DNA of 64,000 nt, from IMG/VR virus record IMGVR_UViG_3300037882_001770, positions 186,001 to 250,000 of that record; one strand, given 5' to 3'. Of this stretch, positions 29,621-38,777 are shown piece by piece (within the stretch, counting starts at the first letter, position 1; each line of letters opens with the position of its first letter). The translations under genes were made by a program, and so were the position numbers. The notes below the pieces were generated by a model. The model saw nothing but the letters and a program-made list of their open reading frames with translations, ran no database searches and had not been told where the DNA came from.

Positions 29621-30007
29621 ATGTTTACTATATTCAAATTCTTCTGGTCATTGTCCCAGTCATCATGGGATATCATGAATCCTAATCATAATCCTCTGCG
29701 TCTTGCTCCGCCACACATCAAATACTTTGCCTCAATCTTGTTAGGTTGTTTTTGGAGTCTGGCATTTGGTATCTATGCTGGTGAACTCTACTATATCGGC
29801 TACAACATGTTTGGACACATTGCTGTCATCAGCATGGTGTTTGTGACCTGGCTAGTGTTCGCTCAGTTTAAGAAAACATATGGATCTGGTTCATATCCAC
29901 TTATGCGTGCTCCAGATCGCTCCAGTCGCTGTGATGAACTCACTGACGAACAGCGACAACAAGCTGTTGCTCGTGCTGATCAACTGCTGTTGACAAATAA
30001 AAATTAA
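29621..30007 (+). CDS. membrane protein
   Basis: AAGGA RBS before ATG 29621; MNP..NPL..P and two TM helices. Confidence 0.7.
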   Translation: MFTIFKFFWSLSQSSWDIMNPNHNPLRLAPPHIKYFASILLGCFWSLAFGIYAGELYYIGYNMFGHIAVISMVFVTWLVFAQFKKTYGSGSYPLMRAPDRSSRCDELTDEQRQQAVARADQLLLTNKN

Positions 30008-30024
30008 TTCTTAAGGAAAACAAA

Positions 30025-30498
30025 ATGTTTAGAAAATTTAACAACATGCGTAATTATTGGAACAGCCTGCCAGATCTGGCTTTGGCTCACTTCTTACTGA
30101 GAATCCCCCTGGCCGTGGTGTTCATCACACAAGGCATCAGCAAGTTGCCGTTTGATCCAACAGGTGGTGAAGCATTTGGACTCATACCCCTGGTCTGGTG
30201 GGTGGTAGTCTACGGTGAAATTGCAGCCGGTATTGGTTTGTTAGTAGGCGGCCTGGCCACCCTGCCCAGAATACAGGACATACCCCTGGTGGCCGAACTG
30301 GGCGACATGCTTACTCGATTCTGCGGTATCACCATGTGCTGTGTGGTCACAGGTGTGATCTGGGTAGTGAGCAAGCCCGAAAGTCTTTGGGCATTTGTGC
30401 TGTATGATAACCTGCACTTGTTTTTATGGGTAGGTGGTCTTTATTTTGCTCTAAGAGGCAACTGGGCTGTGGCTGTGAAAAAGACACTGGGCAGTTGA
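30025..30498 (+). CDS. DoxX family membrane protein
   Basis: LLRIPLA.VFI.QG.SK; V.YGEI.AGIGLL.G; LTR. Confidence 0.75.
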   Translation: MFRKFNNMRNYWNSLPDLALAHFLLRIPLAVVFITQGISKLPFDPTGGEAFGLIPLVWWVVVYGEIAAGIGLLVGGLATLPRIQDIPLVAELGDMLTRFCGITMCCVVTGVIWVVSKPESLWAFVLYDNLHLFLWVGGLYFALRGNWAVAVKKTLGS

Positions 30499-30550
30499 CC
30501 ACTATATTGTAAAGTGTTATAATGTTGCATAATCAAAGGATCCGCCCTAC

Positions 30551-31276
30551 ATGAAAATCTATAAATCTTGCTACAGAAATCATTGGATTTCTCCCTACAC
30601 CATCATTGACTATGTGTTCTTTTGGACTGACTGGAGCCGGTGTAGTCGTAACAGCACTTTACAAACAGCTATCGACGAGGCCGAAGGCAAATACAAGTAC
30701 ATAGAACATCCTGAGTGGGTGGACCGCTGGGCTGATCGATTGAGTCCCATCAGCCGTGCCCTACAGTGGTTTTTAGATCTTGTTCACCCGCAGATCAAGT
30801 ATGTGAAAATTGATCCATGGGATACCTGGAGCATGGATCATACCTTAGCCGACATTATCCTGCCCATGCTGAAACAGTTGCAGGCAACCAAGCATGGTAG
30901 CCCCAACACCGATGACGAGGACGTGCCCGAATACCTACGCAGTCACATGGCACAGCCCAAAGAAAACGAGTGGGATACCGACAGCCTACACCATATGCGT
31001 TGGGACTGGATCTTGGCCGAAATGATCTTTGCCTTTGAGAAAAAAGCACAGGATGACTGGCAAGCTGAGTTCCACTCGGGCAAGATTGACTGGGTCCATG
31101 TGCCGGTAGATGCCAAAGGTAACGAAGTACCCAAAGGCGAACACCGTTTTTACCAAATGAAAGACGGTCCCAACCATACTCATGTGTATGATGCCGAAGG
31201 TGCCCAACGGGTGCAAGAACGCATCTCAAACGGCTTCCGCCTGTTTGGCAAATACTATGAAAATCTCTGGGACTAA
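30551..31276 (+). CDS. conserved hypothetical phage protein
   Basis: D.WDTWSMD.TLA.II.PML.QL...KHG.P; RWDW.L.EMI.AF; GF.LFGKYY..LWD; promoter 30495/30518. Confidence 0.85.
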   Translation: MKIYKSCYRNHWISPYTIIDYVFFWTDWSRCSRNSTLQTAIDEAEGKYKYIEHPEWVDRWADRLSPISRALQWFLDLVHPQIKYVKIDPWDTWSMDHTLADIILPMLKQLQATKHGSPNTDDEDVPEYLRSHMAQPKENEWDTDSLHHMRWDWILAEMIFAFEKKAQDDWQAEFHSGKIDWVHVPVDAKGNEVPKGEHRFYQMKDGPNHTHVYDAEGAQRVQERISNGFRLFGKYYENLWD

Positions 31277-31277
31277 C

Positions 31278-31457
31278 ATGGATATCATAGTGGTTCCAGG
31301 CAACAACAAGAGTCATGATAGATTCAATGATCAATTTGCCTGGTGTGAAAAAACCTTTGGCCAGTTTAGAGATCAGTGGAACTACGATATTGTAAAAGAT
31401 GTCTACGGGTTTCGTTACGAATCAGATGCAGTTTTGTTCAAGTTAAAATGGGAGTAA
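31278..31457 (+). CDS. small protein, F-x-F-xxx-D-A-xx-F-x-L-x-W family
   Basis: WC..TFG.....W...YGFRYESDAVLFKLKW. Confidence 0.7.
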   Translation: MDIIVVPGNNKSHDRFNDQFAWCEKTFGQFRDQWNYDIVKDVYGFRYESDAVLFKLKWE

Positions 31458-31460
31458 AAT

Positions 31461-32213
31461 ATGTCTAGCACATTAATACCTACAAGAATTTATAACACCA
31501 ACACTGTTTTTGAGGTCGATGATGATTTTGATATATTACTAGAAGAAAAAACAGACCGAGCATTAAAAAAAGAAATACCTGACGCTGTTTTTAAAGATGA
31601 TCCGGTGGCTCTCAGCATTACCAGCTACCTGATCTGGATTAAAAATCCGCATCGTCGTTGGGTCACTATAGATGAAGTAGGCCAGGTTGTGCCCGAAGCT
31701 AGGGCAATGGCACACGAGTTACGCCAATATTTTCTACATCGCGGCACAATGAAAGTGCTACAAGGCCAGACTCCTACTGAATTTCAGTACAAGATGAATG
31801 CTTTCTTGAGTGATATTCGCCCACTCAAAACAGATGAACTGGGTTTGTTGTATCGCTTGCCTTACTTCTGGCAAGAGGACATGGCTCTGGATCGGGTATT
31901 TGAAGGAGCTACCGACATTACAGTTGATCACGAACCTCAGTTGCGTCACATCACAATGATAGCTCCGTTGACACCTATTCGTGAAGTGTTGAAGAGTCGT
32001 CGTAGTGGCGACATGGTTCAGTTTTGGTTTGCTAATACTGAAGGTCAACGATGTGTGTACACAGTTCGCAGTGACAACAGTCTAATCTCTGTGTTTAGAA
32101 GCCTGTACAAGCAGGAGAAACTACAGATAAAAGCTCAGGCATCGTGGCACCAATTGCCTGGCAGTCATATTAGAACTCGATTCTGGAAACTGTCAGCTTT
32201 AGAACTAGCATAA
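31461..32213 (+). CDS. hypothetical protein
   Basis: 250-aa ORF with GGAG RBS. Confidence 0.75.
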   Translation: MSSTLIPTRIYNTNTVFEVDDDFDILLEEKTDRALKKEIPDAVFKDDPVALSITSYLIWIKNPHRRWVTIDEVGQVVPEARAMAHELRQYFLHRGTMKVLQGQTPTEFQYKMNAFLSDIRPLKTDELGLLYRLPYFWQEDMALDRVFEGATDITVDHEPQLRHITMIAPLTPIREVLKSRRSGDMVQFWFANTEGQRCVYTVRSDNSLISVFRSLYKQEKLQIKAQASWHQLPGSHIRTRFWKLSALELA

Positions 32214-32743
32214 TGGGACTAACCTTGCCACCAGACGATCCTCGCAACCCCAAGAAGAAAAAATCAAATCTTGCGGATGGTCGAACCAGTGCCGACATGG
32301 ATGTAGGCGGCAATCTAGTTGAATTTATCAACCGCAATGTCACACCATATCCCACCGAAGTTGGTGGTCCTGCGTTTGATCTGATTCCGGTTGAGAAGCA
32401 AAAAGACATCATGGTCAATGTTGCCCGTATGCACGGCCATCAAGAATATCGTCGTATCATGGAACTGGTTAGTGTACTGCAGCGACAAGCTGACGAAGTT
32501 CGTCAGCGTCTGGAAATTACCGATCTGGTACACGCAGCCAAGTACAGCTTTCAAATTTACCATGGTCAGTGCTATTGGTTAGCACGTGATCTAGCCCGTG
32601 GCGGAACCTTGTTGACCCAAACCGGTCCGACCGAATGGACCACCACTCCACCTGACTACTACGAATACATCTGCAGAGTAAAATGGCTGGGTGATTATAC
32701 CTGGATTGAAGTTGACCTAAATGGAGAAAGTGTGTTAAAATAG
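32213..32743 (+). CDS. DUF2452-like protein
   Basis: PYPTEVGGP.F; LQ.QA.....R......V..A.Y.F....GQ.Y.L; P.EW; D.TW. Confidence 0.7.
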   Translation: MGLTLPPDDPRNPKKKKSNLADGRTSADMDVGGNLVEFINRNVTPYPTEVGGPAFDLIPVEKQKDIMVNVARMHGHQEYRRIMELVSVLQRQADEVRQRLEITDLVHAAKYSFQIYHGQCYWLARDLARGGTLLTQTGPTEWTTTPPDYYEYICRVKWLGDYTWIEVDLNGESVLK

Positions 32744-32746
32744 TAT

Positions 32747-32992
32747 ATGGATAAAGTATTTGAAGATATTGTAGCTTGGGCTGACAGAAGTGGACAGATT
32801 CGCACACCCATCGGTCTTGAAGAATTTGATCTATGGCGACACGATTATATCTGGGAAGCCTTGCATGGTCAACGCTATGGCCAGAGTTTTTGCAACAGGT
32901 TTGGCATAACCGACAACCTACTATATTATACAACCTGGCCTGCTGAACAGGTTGATGATTACATACGGAAACACTACATTGAGAGAACCTAA
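32747..32992 (+). CDS. hypothetical protein
   Basis: GQRYGQSFCN.F.I.D.LLYY. Confidence 0.7.
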   Translation: MDKVFEDIVAWADRSGQIRTPIGLEEFDLWRHDYIWEALHGQRYGQSFCNRFGITDNLLYYTTWPAEQVDDYIRKHYIERT

Positions 32993-33200
32993 GTTTCTAT
33001 ATCATTGCACAATACCCTGGATTGATCAAACCAATCCTATGTATTATTGGGACACATTGTGTGCCAATGCTATAGAATTATTTGGACTTCCGGGAGATAG
33101 GTACATAACCGATATAAGCGAGCACTCAATGACCTGGAGTTTTTGCAACCAACATGACGCATTACTTTTTAAATTAAAATTTGGGGAAACATGTCAGTAA
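32952..33200 (+). CDS. small protein, F-x-F-xxx-D-A-xx-F-x-L-x-W family (start may be TTG 32979)
   Basis: W...CA.AIE.FGLPG.RY...WSFCNQHDALLFKLKF. Confidence 0.65.
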   Translation: MMITYGNTTLREPKFLYHCTIPWIDQTNPMYYWDTLCANAIELFGLPGDRYITDISEHSMTWSFCNQHDALLFKLKFGETCQ

Positions 33201-33823
33201 ACGACGAAATCATTCGTGTAACTCCAATACCAGAATATTTCAACATCACATGGATGCTAGGATCTAGATGCAACTACGATTGTATGTATTGTCCGGCCGA
33301 ATTGCACGATGCTACAAGTCGGCCACACGATTTAGAAACCATGCAAAAGGCGTGGATAAACATACACTCTAAAACAACTAATAAAAACTTGCCTTACAAA
33401 ATTAGTTTCACTGGCGGTGAAGTAACTGCCAATAAAAACTTTTTATCATTGGTTGGGTGGTTAAAATCCAACTACTCTGAAATTGGAATGATATTAACGA
33501 CCACTAACGGCAGCGCCAGTAAACGTTATTACGAACAGTTGAGTCAATCAATTGATTCGATCAGCTTTAGCACTCACAGTGAGTTTATGAACGAAGCAGA
33601 ATTTTTTGACAAGGTGTTGGCAACAGATCGGTTGATGCTACGTCCAGAAAAAAGTGTTCATGTTAACATCATGGACGAATATTGGAATCAGTCACGCATA
33701 CAAATATACAAAGAATTCTTAGAAAAACACAGTATCAGTTATAGCATAAACACAATCGATTACACTAGTAAAATTAGAGAAAACATTTTGAATAACGGAG
33801 TACAAAATCTTGTCGTCACTTGA
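33191..33823 (+). CDS. radical SAM protein (core domain only)
   Basis: CNYDCMYC, FTGGEVT, TNGS, SFSTHSE. Confidence 0.9.
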   Translation: MSVNDEIIRVTPIPEYFNITWMLGSRCNYDCMYCPAELHDATSRPHDLETMQKAWINIHSKTTNKNLPYKISFTGGEVTANKNFLSLVGWLKSNYSEIGMILTTTNGSASKRYYEQLSQSIDSISFSTHSEFMNEAEFFDKVLATDRLMLRPEKSVHVNIMDEYWNQSRIQIYKEFLEKHSISYSINTIDYTSKIRENILNNGVQNLVVT

Positions 33824-34115
33824 AAATCATATCAACTACAACTGCGAGGTCGAAACCGTTCAGGGAAAAACATATCAAATATATGCCAACTGGCTACACA
33901 ACCATGGCCTTGACCACTGGCAGGGCTGGCACTGTTCGGCCGGCAACACACGCTTATATATTGATAAAGATCTAGTGGTGCACAGTGGAATGTGTCTGAA
34001 CGATACCCTTGGCTCTGCGCTAGACGGGTTTGATCTATTAGAACACGCTATATGTCGGCAATCTACTTGTACTGGATGTACCGATGATCTGGTCATTTCT
34101 AAACATAAATTATGA
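33810..34115 (+). CDS. stand-alone SPASM/Twitch-like Fe-S domain
   Basis: GWHCSAG...L.I..D.......C..D.LG....C....C..C.DD; GGAG RBS 33797. Confidence 0.7.
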   Translation: MSSLENHINYNCEVETVQGKTYQIYANWLHNHGLDHWQGWHCSAGNTRLYIDKDLVVHSGMCLNDTLGSALDGFDLLEHAICRQSTCTGCTDDLVISKHKL

Positions 34116-34519
34116 ATACTAATTTTTATTTTGCTTACGGTGCCAATATGCATCCAGGACATATGCAATTTCGTTGCCCAGCGGCTCAAGCGGTAGGCGC
34201 ATTCACATTGAGAAAGTGGGAACTTAAATTTTATAGTCATGCTACAATTGAACCTAATCCTCAAGCTACGGTTGCTGGGGTTTTATGGAAAATCACCAAC
34301 GACTGCGAGTCAAGCCTTGATATGTTTGAGGGATACCCCAGTTATTATACCAAACGTACTTGGATACAAGACGAAACTCAGTTTTTCTTTTATGAGATGA
34401 CCGCACCTAAGTCGGGTAGGCCCAGTGAAGGTTATGTGCTAGACATTGCAGAAAGTTATAAGTTCTGGCAATTACCTCAAAATTTATTAATTGAATCTTT
34501 GCATGACACTATTGCGTAG
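34112..34519 (+). CDS. gamma-glutamylcyclotransferase (AIG2-like)
   Basis: YFAYGANM....M..RCP.A; V.GVLW; LD.FEG.P..Y; PS..Y. Confidence 0.85.
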   Translation: MNTNFYFAYGANMHPGHMQFRCPAAQAVGAFTLRKWELKFYSHATIEPNPQATVAGVLWKITNDCESSLDMFEGYPSYYTKRTWIQDETQFFFYEMTAPKSGRPSEGYVLDIAESYKFWQLPQNLLIESLHDTIA

Positions 34520-34766
34520 AGAAACAGGACCATTATTAAAAAGTCCCATGGACTACATGCGTGATAAGGACAGTTTTCGTCATGCACAAGAAATTGCCAA
34601 ACCGTTTGGTGTGCTAGAACAGGTATTAGATTGGTGCAAAGAAGAACTAGTTGGCGAATGGCGCTGGCAGTTAATTGAAGTTAGTAGCGATCGTAAACCA
34701 GGCCGTTATTGTTTTTTCTTTGATTCGGAACGCGATTGCCTGGCATTTACAATGAAATGGTCTTAG
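34503..34766 (+). CDS. small protein, F-x-F-xxx-D-A-xx-F-x-L-x-W family
   Basis: WCKEEL.GEWRW...YCFFFDSERDCLAFTMKW. Confidence 0.7.
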   Translation: MTLLRRETGPLLKSPMDYMRDKDSFRHAQEIAKPFGVLEQVLDWCKEELVGEWRWQLIEVSSDRKPGRYCFFFDSERDCLAFTMKWS

Positions 34767-34826
34767 GTTGACCAACAATATTCTTTTTAGTATAATAGCA
34801 GTATAGTAATTAATTGTGAGATTCTG

Positions 34827-35180
34827 ATGAAAAACTATCGTTTTTTTGGTGACGAAGCAGAGGTGCTTGGTAATCGTTTAGATCAAGCCCGTGAGCGTTT
34901 AGCCAACTCAAAAACTGCTTGGTCAAAAAATTATTGGTTACAGACTCTAGAACGATTGCTGTTACAATGGCGGCACCTTCCTATACTACATGATAGTGAC
35001 GCCCTGGTAACTATTATTCCGCGGTGGACCGTGAGTTATGATTTTTATGAAAAAGGCAACGACGTTGGATACAATGGCATTACTGATCGAGCTTACAACA
35101 AGGTATTCAGAGACAATGTGGATCTAGATGCCAGTTGGGAAAATCATCGAGCACAACGACTGGCCCGGGCACAATTCTAA
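34827..35180 (+). CDS. hypothetical early protein
   Basis: promoter TTGACC 34768 / TATAAT 34791. Confidence 0.7.
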   Translation: MKNYRFFGDEAEVLGNRLDQARERLANSKTAWSKNYWLQTLERLLLQWRHLPILHDSDALVTIIPRWTVSYDFYEKGNDVGYNGITDRAYNKVFRDNVDLDASWENHRAQRLARAQF

Positions 35181-35347
35181 TGGCAATAGTTTATACAGAC
35201 GGCCGTTCCAGATTCTTTTATGTAGTAGAACGCTATAAGATTGATCAAACAGACTGGATACGTTATACTAATTCTGTTGGTGAAGAATTTGCTTGCCTAG
35301 AAGAAGCATTTAATTTTAGATTTCAACCAGTGGAGAATGAATCATGA
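35180..35347 (+). CDS. hypothetical protein
   Basis: TAATG coupling; W..Y.N..G.EF.CLEEAF..RF. Confidence 0.65.
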   Translation: MAIVYTDGRSRFFYVVERYKIDQTDWIRYTNSVGEEFACLEEAFNFRFQPVENES

Positions 35348-35538
35348 TGAGCGAAGATCGTTTGATGGTAGCAGAAGCAGTGTTGGCAGGCCAGATTCCG
35401 GAGTATCATTTGACCCAAGATGAAATTGACGAACTGTTTGAAATTGCATGCGATGCTGCAACTGACAAATTGATGTACGAAGCCGAACAGCGTGGTTGTT
35501 CAGTATTCGACGGAGTTGAAGGCGATACAGTGCAATGA
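35344..35538 (+). CDS. hypothetical acidic protein
   Basis: GGAG RBS; ATGA coupling. Confidence 0.65.
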   Translation: MMSEDRLMVAEAVLAGQIPEYHLTQDEIDELFEIACDAATDKLMYEAEQRGCSVFDGVEGDTVQ

Positions 35539-35864
35539 CACATCAGTTTGTGGTCATGTGGGATTGCAATGGTCTTGAGTATGTGGGCGATATCACCGAG
35601 GAACAGGGCCGAAAAACCTGGGCCACACTCAAAGGTGAGGAATATCGCGGCATGCCCAATCTGTTACATCTACGACTCAGAGCACAAGCAAACTATCAAA
35701 GAAATTATGAGATTTATTTTGTGGATGCAGTCGAAGGAATTACCACGGAAGATATCTGTAGCATGTTTGAGGCTGATCCTCAAACCGCCGCCGAAACTGT
35801 TAGACGTTTGGGACAGGTGTTTTACAGTAACCGGATCGACATATCAGATCGGGTTATAGTATAA
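35535..35864 (+). CDS. conserved hypothetical phage protein
   Basis: MWDC.GLE; LRA.AN.QR.YEIY; F...PQ..A..VR..G. Confidence 0.75.
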   Translation: MTHQFVVMWDCNGLEYVGDITEEQGRKTWATLKGEEYRGMPNLLHLRLRAQANYQRNYEIYFVDAVEGITTEDICSMFEADPQTAAETVRRLGQVFYSNRIDISDRVIV

Positions 35865-35873
35865 GTTTTTCGA

Positions 35874-36095
35874 AGCTGAGTGATATCGGCTAGTGTGACC
35901 CGCACGATAAGTGAAATAATCAATCACGGGTGGTCCCAGTCTAACCTAACTGGCGCTGGCAATGCGTAACGGGCCCTGTAGTGAGCGGGTGAGGACTAGC
36001 TTGTTTCTCTGCTGAATCCGATGGGATAACCAGAGGCAACATAAACCGAATGTTGCAAAGTATAGGGTATAATTGACCGCCTGGGGCTGCAGAGC
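35874..36095 (+). ncRNA. candidate structured non-coding RNA, family unassigned
   Basis: GC-richer intergenic stretch with nested stems GCTAGT/ACTAGC, ACCCGC/GCGGGT, CCAGT/ACTGG, CTCTG/CAGAG, GCAACAT/ATGTTGC. Confidence 0.6.
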
Positions 36096-36112
36096 ATTGT
36101 GGTATGTAGAGG

Positions 36113-36141
36113 TTGACATTTCTTAAAGATTCCAGTATAAT
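36113..36141 (+). promoter_or_regulatory. consensus sigma70 promoter
   Basis: TTGACA-N17-TATAAT. Confidence 0.9.
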
Positions 36142-36227
36142 TGTCAAATGCTAGCCGATTTAAACTAAAGAAGTCGGCGGCTAGTTATTAACTGACAGTC
36201 TCAGGACTGCTATGAAAGGATGTAAAC

Positions 36228-37292
36228 ATGGTACAGCGTCTTACACGTAAACTTACCGATGTGGCCTCGGAAGTTGAAAAGCAAATCAAGGCCCACTACA
36301 ATATCACGCAAAAAATACTAGATAGTTTTCGTGAGCAAGCTCAAGCAAAACACACTCTAGGATATAACTTTCCTGAATCAAAAATGGTTGCCATTGATGA
36401 TCTCTGGATTGATTACGAAGTTCAACGAGATGTGCTACACAAACATATTATCAGTATTATGAAAAATTGGGATCCAAGAATTTGTAGCCCAGTTTCAGCT
36501 TGCAAACTAACAGACCGCGAGCGGTGCGATACATACGACGGCCAGCATCGAACCATCTCTGCGGCAATCCTAGGCTATACAGAAATCCCAGGTGCAGTAG
36601 TTCATACCAACGACCCAAACTTTGCCAGTCTAGCATTTGAACAACTCAACGACACAGGTGTCAAACGTTTGGGTCCAGGCGACTTGCATCGCAATGCCTT
36701 GGTGCGTTATAAAAATGGTAGTCACGAACTTCGCAATGTTCGTGCTCGCATCTTGCAAGATCAGTTTGATAACTTGCAAATTGACCTGCAAGACAAAGGT
36801 GCTAGGTCCAGCGATAACCTACGCGGCGATCACGACTACTTTTTTAGTCATTTTAAATATGCCTACAAGGCTATTGATATTGACGAATCCGGCAAGGTGT
36901 TGTGTGCTGTGTTGGATGCTATAAAAACAGTATTTCCTTTGCAGGAAGAAGTTGATCAAGGTGTGTTTATTGGCCTAGTTGAATTGCAACGATTAACCAA
37001 TACTAATCCACGTAATCAACTACCCACGGATTGGATGAAAACCTTGTTGGAATCTGTTAAATCTACTTTTAAAAGCAGTCATTTGATTCATGCCAAAGCA
37101 AAGATTCAATGGGAACACAGCCATCCAGGTGCAGGTTGGGTCGCTCCTACTGCTATGAGTAACTTCATGCGTGAGATTCATCTACGCAATGGTGGCAAAT
37201 TGAATCTTCCTTATCACGGTGAGGGTGCCAAGGTTGGTATTGTGGATGGTAATGTCGCTCCGGGACTATTTCCACAGGGAGCCGAACAATGA
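36228..37292 (+). CDS. ParB/Srx-like (DGQHR) domain protein
   Basis: L.IDYEVQRD, WDP....P, DGQHR..A..LG, A..F..LN...K.L. Confidence 0.8.
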   Translation: MVQRLTRKLTDVASEVEKQIKAHYNITQKILDSFREQAQAKHTLGYNFPESKMVAIDDLWIDYEVQRDVLHKHIISIMKNWDPRICSPVSACKLTDRERCDTYDGQHRTISAAILGYTEIPGAVVHTNDPNFASLAFEQLNDTGVKRLGPGDLHRNALVRYKNGSHELRNVRARILQDQFDNLQIDLQDKGARSSDNLRGDHDYFFSHFKYAYKAIDIDESGKVLCAVLDAIKTVFPLQEEVDQGVFIGLVELQRLTNTNPRNQLPTDWMKTLLESVKSTFKSSHLIHAKAKIQWEHSHPGAGWVAPTAMSNFMREIHLRNGGKLNLPYHGEGAKVGIVDGNVAPGLFPQGAEQ

Positions 37293-37771
37293 ATCCTACC
37301 ATCACAATCAACCTGGCAGATATTTGGGACTATACAGAAATTCCACACATCATGCGAAATCACATGATTGCTGAGTATGGCTATGCTTTTAGACGTGGTA
37401 ACATGATTCTCAAGTACGGATTAAGTGCCGACAACTCTAGAATTTACGGCGAACGTATCTATCGTCAATCCGGCAATTTACCAGGATGGAGAAAACTGCT
37501 GGGCGGCCCCAGTGGTAGCGACATGGCAGATATTGCTCGTGAGTTTGAACAAATATACGGTCTGGAGTTGAATAGAAAAGATGTGTCTATTGATGTTTAC
37601 CAGATGCCCAATGCCTCTGCTTGTGCTGAGTTCGAACGCAAACTGATCACCGATTATATATGGACTCACGAAGGATCAGCACCACTGGGTAACAAAGATT
37701 TTGAGACCTTGCTGGAAGAGCGCAAGTATCGTAATACCCGTATGTTGTCTACTATCATAGAGTTTATCTAA
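37289..37771 (+). CDS. GIY-YIG-like nuclease
   Basis: YGYAF....ILKYGLS......GERI.R; E..LI..Y....G..PLGNK. Confidence 0.6.
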   Translation: MNPTITINLADIWDYTEIPHIMRNHMIAEYGYAFRRGNMILKYGLSADNSRIYGERIYRQSGNLPGWRKLLGGPSGSDMADIAREFEQIYGLELNRKDVSIDVYQMPNASACAEFERKLITDYIWTHEGSAPLGNKDFETLLEERKYRNTRMLSTIIEFI

Positions 37772-37773
37772 CC

Positions 37774-38331
37774 ATGCTTAAAGAATCTCTAGATACGTTT
37801 GTTGCACCCAACTACGGTAAGACTCAGCGCAGTCCCGAAACTTATCAAGCGGTAGCTCAACATTGTCGCCAGCACTTGATTCACTTGGTTACCGAATATC
37901 ATCTTGTAAATAATAATCAACAATTATTACGAGAAATTCGTAACGATATGGATTATTACCTACGACGATATCACGAATACTGTATCCAACAACGTGATGG
38001 TATGAAAGCGCACTACTATGAAATTGGCGCCGACGATGACTGTGACTTTGAACACTTGATACCAGCAGCTCGAATTCGTGATCTGCTGTTATTTGGGATC
38101 ATCACTGTAGAGCAAGCTCTTAATGCTCCTACTGTAAGATTGAGTCGCGCTAAACACATGGCGCTCAAAGATGCTGGTTGGGCCAGTAAAACTCCCGACA
38201 TGTGGTTACCGTTCCGTCGATACACTCAGGTATTTGCCGCAAACTTTCAAACGCATGACGGGGTAGCAATAGATACAGAAACATGGACATTAGAAAAACA
38301 TTTTGATTATTTTAAACATTTGGTGTTATAA
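37774..38331 (+). CDS. hypothetical protein with EHxxP (HNH-like) motif
   Basis: DFEHLIPA...P.V.L....H..L...G....P....PF.RY. Confidence 0.55.
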   Translation: MLKESLDTFVAPNYGKTQRSPETYQAVAQHCRQHLIHLVTEYHLVNNNQQLLREIRNDMDYYLRRYHEYCIQQRDGMKAHYYEIGADDDCDFEHLIPAARIRDLLLFGIITVEQALNAPTVRLSRAKHMALKDAGWASKTPDMWLPFRRYTQVFAANFQTHDGVAIDTETWTLEKHFDYFKHLVL

Positions 38332-38777
38332 TGAGTGAAATTACTTTTAAACGATTTCCTGAAAGCAAGCAAGAACAGATCAGACAGTTTGTGGCCTATG
38401 CACAGATGTGTGGCTTGTCGGGCAAGGACATTCGCAGCATCGGTGACAAGCTGGATCGGCAACGCAAGGTCAGCGAGCGGCAGGCCAACATGGAAATCGT
38501 TAAAGGCTTTGAGTGTTTAAGCATTGGGGATGATGCCAAGAAATACGATAAAAAATATCAACTCAACCAACGTTTCAAACTCAAAACTGCTAACGGCGCT
38601 TACAACTTTGTTTACAACTGGGGTGGTTATACGGTCACCAGTTTAAAAACTAAAAAAACTGTAAGCCACAAGACTGACATCCATGCTTATGAACTTCCGG
38701 TTAGAAACTATGATGAAGTCGCTCGTTATGCAACCTTGTTGGATATTGCATTTGGTAAATTGAAACTGAATTTTTAA
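38331..38777 (+). CDS. hypothetical basic protein
   Basis: TAATG coupling at both ends. Confidence 0.7.
   Translation: MSEITFKRFPESKQEQIRQFVAYAQMCGLSGKDIRSIGDKLDRQRKVSERQANMEIVKGFECLSIGDDAKKYDKKYQLNQRFKLKTANGAYNFVYNWGGYTVTSLKTKKTVSHKTDIHAYELPVRNYDEVARYATLLDIAFGKLKLNF

Noticed and set aside
35941-36147. 68-aa minus-strand ORF
   Set aside because: Opposite to local transcription, no RBS, overlaps a promoter and the structured RNA candidate
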